A stretch of 64,000 nt of DNA from a virus. Location of the stretch: the IMG/VR virus record IMGVR_UViG_3300010149_000002, positions 1 through 64,000 of that record; one strand, given 5' to 3'. A program made the position numbers and the translations under genes. This document shows, piece after piece, positions 30,143-39,024 of this stretch. The notes under the pieces were generated by a model. It was not told where the DNA came from. It searched no databases and worked only from the letters and a program-made list of their open reading frames with translations. The first letter of the stretch is position 1; each line of letters starts with the position of its first letter.

Positions 30143-30352
30143 ATGTATAACAAAGAAGATTATAGATCAAATAAAGAATCAATTGTAAAACACTATGAAA
30201 AGCGTGGTCTAAAAGATATGGCATCTTATTCGGCAATGACAGGAATCCCTGTGGTAGTTGTATATGAGTTGCTTCAAGAAGAGTATCCAGAGCTAGAAAA
30301 AGAGTTATCAGATAGAATTAAAGCCATTAATGATTTTTTTGGTATTAAATAG
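30143..30352 (+). CDS. Hypothetical protein (possible HTH)
   Basis: 69 aa. Confidence 0.5.
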   Translation: MYNKEDYRSNKESIVKHYEKRGLKDMASYSAMTGIPVVVVYELLQEEYPELEKELSDRIKAINDFFGIK

Positions 30353-30376
30353 AGAATTGAGTTTAGGAGGAAATAA

Positions 30377-31378
30377 ATGCAATTTAGCAGTAAAAGAAGA
30401 GAACAAGCAGGTATTCGATCTCTTGGTGAGCTAAGAAGAAAGGGTAGGGTAAAGCGTGGAAGCGATCCTGATCTATTCGTTCATGGTACACCAGAGTTTG
30501 ATTGCTTGGTACATAAATGGAGTCGTAAAGAGGTCTTAGGAGTCATTGGAGACAGTGGTGTTGGTAAGTCAGAGGTTGTGTTACAAATGATAAAAGACAT
30601 CCTTGTATCGAATCCTGAGAGCTGTGGAGTATATGTATCACTAGAAATGACTGACCAAGAAATAGCAAAGCGTTGGTTTGAAATGACAGGTGACGATGAG
30701 GATTTAGCAGACAGGTTATTTATATTATCTAGGTATGACGATGAGGGTAAGTCTAGAGAAGGTATTAGTATGCGTTGGATTAAAGAGCAACTAAATATCT
30801 ATAAAGATGCAATTGGTGATATTAGTTGTTTTGCACTAGACCATTTGCATGTATTGGGAGAGAATGACCCAAGTACTTTAAATTCAATTATGGTTGCTGT
30901 AAAAGAAATGGCGGTTAACTTAAATTGTTTAGGAATACCAATGGCACAGGTCAATAAGAGTTCTGGAGGAAAGGGTGAGATACCTTTAGATGCCGACTCT
31001 GTACTTGCTTGTAGTCAATTTAAGTATATCTCTAATAACATCATACAAATACATAGACCTATATTGAGATTAGAGGAGGATGCAGGTATAAGTATACTAG
31101 GATGGGGATATGCTAAAATTAGAGAGGCTAATAAAGAGGACAAGGTAAAAAGAGGTCAGAATAAATTACTAGCTTATGATAGGGACTTAAGATGTATTCG
31201 TAAAATGACTACAGAAGAGTACACTATTTTTAAACTATATTATAATACTTTATTAGAAATGAAGTCTGCGGAAGAAAGAAGTAAGTCTTTTTCTTATGAT
31301 TTAACTAAAGAAGTAAAGGGCAAAGACGGTAAAGTTGTCCAGATTAAAGAGATATTTAGTGGAGATTCAGGTGAGTAA
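30377..31378 (+). CDS. DnaB-like (SF4) replicative helicase
   Basis: Walker A GDSGVGKS, YVSLEM, LDHLH, AQVNK. Confidence 0.85.
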   Translation: MQFSSKRREQAGIRSLGELRRKGRVKRGSDPDLFVHGTPEFDCLVHKWSRKEVLGVIGDSGVGKSEVVLQMIKDILVSNPESCGVYVSLEMTDQEIAKRWFEMTGDDEDLADRLFILSRYDDEGKSREGISMRWIKEQLNIYKDAIGDISCFALDHLHVLGENDPSTLNSIMVAVKEMAVNLNCLGIPMAQVNKSSGGKGEIPLDADSVLACSQFKYISNNIIQIHRPILRLEEDAGISILGWGYAKIREANKEDKVKRGQNKLLAYDRDLRCIRKMTTEEYTIFKLYYNTLLEMKSAEERSKSFSYDLTKEVKGKDGKVVQIKEIFSGDSGE

Positions 31379-31883
31379 TGAGGTTTGGAAGGATATTATA
31401 GGGTATGAAGGTTTATACAAAGTATCGAACAAAGGTAAAGTGTATAGCCTTTTATCCAATAAAGAACTTTCTCAAAACAAAACAAATGGGAATGGTTATA
31501 TAATTTGTACATTGTGTAAGAATAAACAAAAGAAAAATAAATATGTACATAGATTAGTAGCCTACCATTTTGTTGAAAACAAAAATAACGATAATATAGT
31601 AAACCATATTGACGGTAATCTAAAAAATAATAATGCCGACAATTTAGAATGGTGTGACCAAAAAAGAAATGTTAGACATTATATTGAAAATGGTTTAAAA
31701 TCAGATTACGGAGTAAACTCTCCAAATACAAAATTAAATAAAAGAGATATATTAGAAATAAGACATTACTTAAAAGAAGGTAGTATCACACAAAAAGAAA
31801 TAGCTTTAATTTACGATGTTTCTCAGACTACAATTAGTCATATAAACCTTAACAAGAGACATGCTAATCGTGCGGAGGATTAA
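31371..31883 (+). CDS. NUMOD4-HNH homing endonuclease
   Basis: WKDIIGYEGLYKVSNKG, VHRLVA, VNHIDGNLKNN..NLEW, C-terminal HTH. Confidence 0.92.
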   Translation: MSNEVWKDIIGYEGLYKVSNKGKVYSLLSNKELSQNKTNGNGYIICTLCKNKQKKNKYVHRLVAYHFVENKNNDNIVNHIDGNLKNNNADNLEWCDQKRNVRHYIENGLKSDYGVNSPNTKLNKRDILEIRHYLKEGSITQKEIALIYDVSQTTISHINLNKRHANRAED

Positions 31884-32694
31884 TGAAGTATTTATTATGT
31901 TTTTATTTAGGAGCTTGTATTACTACGGTAGCTTTCTATTATAAATTTCCTGTTAACCAAACTAAAAAAGAATATATATCAAGTTGCAGGACAACTTTTA
32001 GTGCAGGTCTTTTAACATCTGTTATGAAGAATACTGAAGATGAGATTAAACAGGTGCAAAATAAATGGTGTAACATGAGGTTTAGATATGAGTAGTTTTT
32101 TAAGTCATTTAGAAGATTTTTTACATGCAGTAGAATGTGATACAGCTAGGGCTGATAACATAATTGAAATTAAAGTAAAATCTGATTTGTTTTTTATAAT
32201 AGCACATGAACTTCTAAAGACGGATAGTCGAGGACTTTTTACTGACCAGTTAACTAATTTAAAAGAGTGTAAAAGTTATATATTGACTACTAGCTTTTCT
32301 AATGTAAAAATAGTAAGAGACGTTGAAGAAGAGATCCAAGAAAAAAGACAAAAGATAGAGCAATTGAAAAGAGAAATAGAGGAACTAAAAAATGAATAAT
32401 AAAATATTATCATACGAAGAATTAAAATATATGTTAAAATCTCTTGAAGTTTTACAAAAGTTACATAAAGATATATATAATGACGGTGCTTATAGTATTA
32501 AGCGTAGAGCAAGACATCAGCAAAGAGCTATGGAACTAAAAAAAGAGATTAACTTACTTCTAACTGCAATCCACCATGCAAAGCAAGCTAGAAAATTATA
32601 TGACTATAAAAGATTACACGATCAAGAGGTAATAAGAGGAAGTTGTACTGCTAATTATATAAGCGGAGTAGGTACTTTAGTTGAGGAGGAGTAA
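31883..32694 (+). CDS. Three hypothetical proteins
   Basis: ORF track. Confidence 0.55.
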
Positions 32695-32857
32695 TGTTTA
32701 AGTTTATAAAAATAAAAGATCCTGATAATAAATTTGACCTAGTAGACATAGAGTTCGCTATAGAACAATCTGATCTAACAAAAGCAGAATTGAAAGAGAT
32801 CTTTAACGAGTTTTTAAGAGCTTGTGGTTACATGGTGAGTTATGATGGGGAGGAATA

Positions 32858-33772
32858 GTGCAAGTAAGTATTTTCAAAAAGGCTAAAGCACATCCAAAGA
32901 GTAAGGAAGAGAAGATAAAGAACTCTAAATATGCTTCTAGTCCTTATATGCCGGAGATTGTGGAATTTGACAATGAAGATGGTCTTATAGAACTTATAAC
33001 TCATTACTCTTGGTCGCCAATGGTATTTGAAACATACCGTAGAGAGTCCGACTTTGTAAAGACTGATCTAATTGCATTTGACATTGACGATGGCATGACA
33101 ATTGATGAGGCAGAAAAGGTTGTTGAGGAACTTGAACTAGCAGCATTGTGTATGCCAAGTACAAGTCATACAGAAGAGCACCATAAGTTTCGACTAATAT
33201 TCCCATTGTCAAGATCAATCCAATCTATTGATGAATATAAAGAGACATATGCTAAATTAGCAGAGTACTTTCCAGTTGACCCACAATGTAAAGATGCCTG
33301 TCGTTTCTACTTTGGATCTACTGACGATGATGGCTTTTGGATAGAGGGTAAACTATATACTCCTGTAAAGCCTAAACCTAAGCTCTCAGAGAGTTTTGAT
33401 AGGTCACGCTATACTGACACCATAGAAGTTGGTGAAGAGGTAGAGGACGTTGTGAAGGCTTTATATGGAGAGGATAGAGACAAGATACCAGAGCAAGTAG
33501 ATTACTTTATAAGAAATGCTCATACTGGTTTATCTGGATATTGGCATAATAGTGCTAATAGTTTTGTGTTTACATTGGCTTTACAAGACGTACCATTTGA
33601 AAGGGTAGCTGCTGTATTTGAAGAACTAGCACCAGAGCCATTAGATGACCATGATGAGTATCTACTTGAAAGGTCGTATGCTGATGGTCAGTCTAAAAGA
33701 GAAGATATAGAAAAGGTTGACAGAAAAGAAAAAAGGAGTAATAATAGAAGAAGTCGCAGGAGGACTAGATGA
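32858..33772 (+). CDS. Primase, AEP/prim-pol type
   Basis: WSP, IAFDIDDG, STSH....KFRLIFPLSR, 'DPQCKDACRFYF'; helical C-terminal domain. Confidence 0.75.
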   Translation: MQVSIFKKAKAHPKSKEEKIKNSKYASSPYMPEIVEFDNEDGLIELITHYSWSPMVFETYRRESDFVKTDLIAFDIDDGMTIDEAEKVVEELELAALCMPSTSHTEEHHKFRLIFPLSRSIQSIDEYKETYAKLAEYFPVDPQCKDACRFYFGSTDDDGFWIEGKLYTPVKPKPKLSESFDRSRYTDTIEVGEEVEDVVKALYGEDRDKIPEQVDYFIRNAHTGLSGYWHNSANSFVFTLALQDVPFERVAAVFEELAPEPLDDHDEYLLERSYADGQSKREDIEKVDRKEKRSNNRRSRRRTR

Positions 33773-34427
33773 GTAAAAACTATAAATTAGAAGATGAACT
33801 AAGAAAAGCAGTACAAAATGCTTTGGACTATGTTAATGAAGATAATGTTGTAGAGATCTTAACAAAAGAGTTAACAAGCAGGATAGATGATATGTATATG
33901 TATCGTCAAGACGCTTTTGGGACGGATCTTAGGAGACGGATACAAGATGAACTTACTAAAAGGTATGTTGAAGACAACTATGAAAAAATACTAAAACACA
34001 TTGATATGGATACTATAAATAGAGCTATTAACCTGAATGTTGCTAAGAAATTCTCAAAGGATTTATAATGAAGTTTTTAGAGTTTTTAAACGATAAAGAA
34101 AAAATAATAGACGTACCTGTAGAAAAAGAACTTGATGTTCCTAGATTAAAATTTGAGTTAACTTTTGTTGGAAAAAGGGATGAGGTGGAAATTTATACTG
34201 AAATTTCGGACGCACCTGTATCATATAGGGGCATCGTTTGTAGACAGGAAGAGCTTCTGATAAAAGAGTATGCTATGCTTATGGACTCATTAAAAAGATA
34301 TGAACTAGATAGCAATAAAAAAGTACTTATGAAAGATTATTTTACATTAGCAAAAATTGAACTAAAAGATGTAAGTGTTATCAGAAAAACAGTTACTATA
34401 TATGAGCAACGTGTTGTTAGGACTTAG
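33769..34427 (+). CDS. Two hypothetical proteins
   Basis: ORF track. Confidence 0.55.
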
Positions 34428-34845
34428 GACTGTGTTATATTTAGTAATGACATCTATGATGTATTTGTTCTACACTCCTTTAGAATATGGTAGACATAAA
34501 GATTTTAAACCATACATAAAAGAAGTTAGAAGGTTGTCTAAAGGAAATCTATCTGGCAAGAAAATTAGTATGAACTATACTGAGTATCGTCCAAATGCTC
34601 TAGGAACGTGTTTACCTTGGAGAAATGAGATAATAATTAATAAAAAACATTGGCAAACCATGAGTCATTATGATAGGATATTATTGATAGCACATGAGAT
34701 AGCTCATTGTGAAAAAGGTATCAAGCATATTAACGGATTAGAATTTTGGGGATGTGCAAAGCATTTTATGCACCATCAAGATACAGGCAAGTGGTGTAAC
34801 AGAACAAGATTTAGAGAGTATGTAAAACAGATGCAGGAGATTTAG
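34375..34845 (+). CDS. Membrane-anchored zinc metallopeptidase-like protein
   Basis: N-terminal hydrophobic segment; HEIAHC..GIKH plus a Met-turn-like 'FMH'. Confidence 0.6.
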   Translation: MLSEKQLLYMSNVLLGLRTVLYLVMTSMMYLFYTPLEYGRHKDFKPYIKEVRRLSKGNLSGKKISMNYTEYRPNALGTCLPWRNEIIINKKHWQTMSHYDRILLIAHEIAHCEKGIKHINGLEFWGCAKHFMHHQDTGKWCNRTRFREYVKQMQEI

Positions 34846-35080
34846 TGGATAGCAATTCTGGACTTTGTAATGTAAGAATGTGGAAGTTGTTTATGGAAAT
34901 ATTTGACATGGACGATGATTACCTTATGGAAGAGGTCTTAGCATTAGATTATTATGATCAGCCTCATGTGGAGAGAATTGTAAATAACTATATGCTAAAT
35001 GGAGGTATTACTCCAGAAGAAAGACAAAGGTTAATTGGATTCTATATACTTGTATGGGATGACGGAGAATTGGAGGATTA

Positions 35081-37357
35081 ATGGTCAAAAAAGATTATAC
35101 AATAATAAACGATAAGAGATCATTCCAAAAAGCACTACAACACGCTAAACAATCAGAATACCTAGCATTTGATACAGAGACTACAGGACTAAATGTAAGA
35201 AAAGATAAAGTAATTGGATATTCGTTCTCTGGTGATATTGGTGTTGGTTTTTACATGCCTTTATATTACTATGACCCATTACAAGAAAAGCTACTAAGAC
35301 ATCCTGTAAACGATCAAGTAGATCATCAAGAATTATTATTTGCCTTAGCTAACCAAGACCTATTAATGTGGAATGCAAGTTTTGATGTTAGGATGGTTAA
35401 AAACAACTTTGGGATTGATTTAGGTGTACCTTTACTTGCAGATGTTATGCTTATGAAACACACTGTAGAAGAAGAGGGTAGCTTTAGGTTAAAAGATGTT
35501 GCTATCCAATACCAAGAAGAGATTGGGTTAGATATTGAGAGAGCTGCTAACGAAGAGCAGATTGAACTTAAGGCTAGTATTGAGAAAAATGGTGGAAGCG
35601 TTACTAAGACTAATTATGAGCTTTACAAAGGCGATTTAGATATCATTGGTAAATATGCTTGTGCAGATACAGATTTAACTCTTAGACTTGGGGAACTATT
35701 TGCAGATAAGTTGGCAGATGAGGACTTAGAAGAATTATATTATGACAGCGAGGTAATGCCCCTTTATAAAGAAGTTACAATTAAAATGGAAGAAAAGGGT
35801 ATAGAACTTGACCTTGATCTAATTAATGAAACTAGGGAATCTTTACTAAAGGACATTGATAGGTTAGAGTCCGAAGTTATTGAAGATCTCATGGCAACAG
35901 AAGCTGCTCAAGATTGGTTTGAGGACTTTCTTTATGAAAAATACCCTGTGTCTACTAAAGGTAAATTTGGTCAATATGTTTGCGAATATTTTAATTTAGA
36001 TCTACCAAAGACTAAATCCGGTAAGTTTAGCTTAACAGAAAAGTCAATAAAGACAATTAAAACTCCTAATGATGGTAGTGATTTTTTATTAGGTCTTAGT
36101 GATTTAGACCAAGAAGATATCTATGAAATTCAATATAAAATGCACATGGACAAACAAGGTTCTATTTTAAATATTAGCTCTAAAAAACAACTTGGAGAGG
36201 TTGTATTTGATTATATGAATATTGAACCTATATCAAAAACTGATAAGGGATCACCACAGTTTAATGATACTATGATACAGAAACTAGAAGAAATGGGATT
36301 TGAATGGGCTAGAAAACTTGGCAACTATAATAAGCTTATAAAGATCAAAGGTGCATATATTGATAGGTTTTTAGATGCAGAAGAAGATGGTATGTTTTAC
36401 CCTAGTTTCTTTCAACATAGAACCATAAGTGGACGCTATGGAAGCGATATGCAGCAATTGCCTCGTCCAAAAGAAGAGGGAGAACAAGATCCTATAGTAC
36501 TTAAGTATACTAATATAATTAGAAAATTCTTTATATCTGGAGAGGGTAGAACCTTTATAGATAACGACTATGAATCACTTGAGCCACATGTTTTTGCACA
36601 TGTTTCCGGTGATGAAGGATTAAGGGATATTTTTAGAAAAGGACATGATTTTTACTCAACAATTGCTATTGCAACAGAAGGATTAGAAGGAGTAAGTGCT
36701 GACAAAAAAGCTGAAAACTATCTTGGAAAAGTTAACAAACCATTGCGTCAAAAGGCTAAAGCGTACTCTCTCGGAGTTCCTTATGGAATGAAGGGGTTTG
36801 CACTAGGTATGACTCTTGGAATCCCTACAGAGGAAGCTGACAAGCTTATAGAGAACTATCTAAATGGTTTTCCAGAGTTAAAGAAGTGGATGAAAGAGTC
36901 CGAAGAAAAGGCACAACATTTGGGATATGTTGATTCAGAAGTTGGACGTAAAAGACACTTGCCAGAAGTTAAAAGGTTACATAGAATATACGGCAGTAAG
37001 TTGCTAGATTATAAATATAGACCAAAGTTAAATAAGAAGTTTGGAAAGGATGTGGTATTAAATATGTATAGAGATTATAAAAATGGTCTTAATAACGCAA
37101 AGAACTTTCAAATCCAAAGTCTTTCAGCTAGTATAGTGAATATGGCTGCTATAGAGATTAATAGAGAACTTGATAAAAGAGGAATTGATGGATGGGTTGC
37201 ATTACAGATTCACGATCAATTAGTTGTAAATGTTCCAGAAGAAAGGGCAGAAGAGTGTAGAGAATTAGTGCAAGATATTATGGAAAATAATTATAAACTA
37301 TCATTAGATTTGAAAGCTCCTGCGGAACTGAGTACGAATCTAGCAGATGGTCACTAG
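35081..37357 (+). CDS. polA: DNA polymerase, family A, with 3'-5' exonuclease
   Basis: AFDTETTGL, 'TISGRY', motif A DYESLE, motif B RQKAKAYSLGVPYG, NFQIQS, motif C QIHDQL. Confidence 0.95.
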   Translation: MVKKDYTIINDKRSFQKALQHAKQSEYLAFDTETTGLNVRKDKVIGYSFSGDIGVGFYMPLYYYDPLQEKLLRHPVNDQVDHQELLFALANQDLLMWNASFDVRMVKNNFGIDLGVPLLADVMLMKHTVEEEGSFRLKDVAIQYQEEIGLDIERAANEEQIELKASIEKNGGSVTKTNYELYKGDLDIIGKYACADTDLTLRLGELFADKLADEDLEELYYDSEVMPLYKEVTIKMEEKGIELDLDLINETRESLLKDIDRLESEVIEDLMATEAAQDWFEDFLYEKYPVSTKGKFGQYVCEYFNLDLPKTKSGKFSLTEKSIKTIKTPNDGSDFLLGLSDLDQEDIYEIQYKMHMDKQGSILNISSKKQLGEVVFDYMNIEPISKTDKGSPQFNDTMIQKLEEMGFEWARKLGNYNKLIKIKGAYIDRFLDAEEDGMFYPSFFQHRTISGRYGSDMQQLPRPKEEGEQDPIVLKYTNIIRKFFISGEGRTFIDNDYESLEPHVFAHVSGDEGLRDIFRKGHDFYSTIAIATEGLEGVSADKKAENYLGKVNKPLRQKAKAYSLGVPYGMKGFALGMTLGIPTEEADKLIENYLNGFPELKKWMKESEEKAQHLGYVDSEVGRKRHLPEVKRLHRIYGSKLLDYKYRPKLNKKFGKDVVLNMYRDYKNGLNNAKNFQIQSLSASIVNMAAIEINRELDKRGIDGWVALQIHDQLVVNVPEERAEECRELVQDIMENNYKLSLDLKAPAELSTNLADGH

Positions 37358-37468
37358 GGGGTAATATGCCAGAAGATGGTAACAGAGTTGAATTTAAAGA
37401 AGGATTTAACATTCCCTTTTTAATAGGATATTGTATGTTTTTATTTTACCTATCCACATTTTTCTTTA

Positions 37469-37497
37469 TTGACATATTTTAAAAATAATAGTAACAT
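37469..37497 (+). promoter_or_regulatory. Sigma-70-type promoter for the RNA genes
   Basis: TTGACA-17-TAACAT. Confidence 0.6.
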
Positions 37498-37507
37498 TTA
37501 ATTGTAA

Positions 37508-37634
37508 CAGACCAATTCAAGGGTTATGCTAAGAAGCGGTACATAATAAGTTACAGGTGTCACATACCTCCTCGATTCAGTAATACTAGTTATATTTTGA
37601 ACGGGTTTAAAAATTGTGAGTTGGTCGCTGACCA
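37508..37634 (+). ncRNA. Putative structured RNA of about 125 nt ending in ACCA
   Basis: Closing stem GACCAATTCA/TGAGTTGGTC, internal hairpins, no ORF; lies between the promoter and the tRNA-like gene. Confidence 0.45.
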
Positions 37635-37640
37635 TTTTAT

Positions 37641-37748
37641 CGAAATGTAGCTCAGTTGGTTAGAGCACCTGACTATGAAGCAAGCGACTAGGTAACGAAA
37701 TCGTGAGGCGGAGGGAGGTCGGTGGTTCGATTCCACCCATTTCGACCA
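37641..37748 (+). tRNA. tRNA-like RNA (Pro-type acceptor) with an expanded, non-canonical anticodon arm
   Basis: Acceptor CGAAATG/CATTTCG-A-CCA, D arm GCTC-AGTTGGTTA-GAGC, T arm GGTGG-TTCGATT-CCACC; 108 nt; no canonical anticodon stem-loop. Confidence 0.8.
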
Positions 37749-37760
37749 TTAAGGAGTATT

Positions 37761-38315
37761 ATGAATATTAGTTTACCGCCAATGGGCGTTTACATTAGAA
37801 ACAAATTTACACATCATAAAGATGATCCAAACTACAATGGTAAGACATGGGGTAGACTTATTGGTATAAGATCTTTACAGAATCAAGCTATGCAGTTTCA
37901 AGTGTTATTAGAAACAGGGGCATTGTTTACAGGACTTCCTGCCCATGCAATATGTTTTGAAGAAGATGCACCTGATAGAAATCTTATAGATTGTCAGATG
38001 TGGGACAGTATTAGCTCCAAGATTGATTATGTTCAGTATAAAACTTTACTTTATATGCCATGTAACTTAAAGCTTCATTCAGGAGAACTTATAAAAGGTG
38101 AGTATCTATTTACAATTGACCATGTTGGAGAAGATGACCTAAGTCGTGATCCTACCGAGTGGAAAATGTTTCATGTTATAAAGTCAGATGAAGGTAATAT
38201 ACATTTATATCCACAATATAGAATACAGTTTTTAGATGATGCATTATCGTCTAAAGCAGAAGGTGGACTACCAAGATATCAATTTAATGAAACAATATGG
38301 AGATTGGGATCGTGA
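37761..38315 (+). CDS. Hypothetical protein
   Basis: AAGGAG RBS before ATG 37761; the upstream ORF extension overlaps the tRNA-like gene. Confidence 0.65.
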   Translation: MNISLPPMGVYIRNKFTHHKDDPNYNGKTWGRLIGIRSLQNQAMQFQVLLETGALFTGLPAHAICFEEDAPDRNLIDCQMWDSISSKIDYVQYKTLLYMPCNLKLHSGELIKGEYLFTIDHVGEDDLSRDPTEWKMFHVIKSDEGNIHLYPQYRIQFLDDALSSKAEGGLPRYQFNETIWRLGS

Positions 38316-38743
38316 AAGTTAAAATTAAAAAGTTACACCCAGAAGCAGTAATACCAAAGTACGCAAAAGATGGTGATGCAGGGATGGATTTAGTTGCTGT
38401 TTCTAAAGAATATGATACAAACTTTATGGGCGGAGATGACTTAATAACATACGGAACAGGATTAGCATTTGAAATACCAGAAGGTTATGTTGGTCTAGTT
38501 TTTCCTAGAAGTAGTATATACAAAAAAGACTTAACTTTATCTAATTCCGTTGGTGTAATCGATAGTGGATATCGTGGAGAAGTTAGTTTTAAGTTTAGAA
38601 AAAATGAATATAGAGCTTACGATATTGGAGACAGGATAGGACAGATTATTATAATGCCTTATCCTTATATAGAATTTGAAGAGGTAGAAGAGCTGAGTAA
38701 TACTGTAAGAGGTACTGGTGGCTTTGGGAGTAGTGGTGTTTAA
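38312..38743 (+). CDS. dut: dUTPase (trimeric)
   Basis: AGMDL, PRSS, GVIDSGYRGE, RIGQ, RGTGGFGSSG. Confidence 0.96.
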   Translation: MKVKIKKLHPEAVIPKYAKDGDAGMDLVAVSKEYDTNFMGGDDLITYGTGLAFEIPEGYVGLVFPRSSIYKKDLTLSNSVGVIDSGYRGEVSFKFRKNEYRAYDIGDRIGQIIIMPYPYIEFEEVEELSNTVRGTGGFGSSGV

Positions 38744-39024
38744 TCTAGATTATATAATTCAAAAATATATAAAATGTAAACTAGGACTTCATATTGTAAG
38801 AGTAAGACAGACTCCTCTAAGAGATAGATACGCTGAACCTACTTTTTACTGCTTGTGTTGTTATAAAAAACTATGAAACCTTACATTTACCTTACTTTAG
38901 TATCACTAAGTTTACTGCGTGGACTTTACTTAGACGATGAAGAAATTATAATTTGTAGCTTGCTAGTTTTACCATTGTGTTGTATATTTATATTAGGAAA
39001 CCAAAACAAATAAAGGAGATTAGA

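Noticed and set aside
37504-37748. tmRNA, Y RNA or hammerhead ribozyme
   Set aside because: No G3-U70 pair or tag ORF, and a full D stem is present; no Ro60 gene or Ro-binding helix; the CUGAnGA core is not matched.
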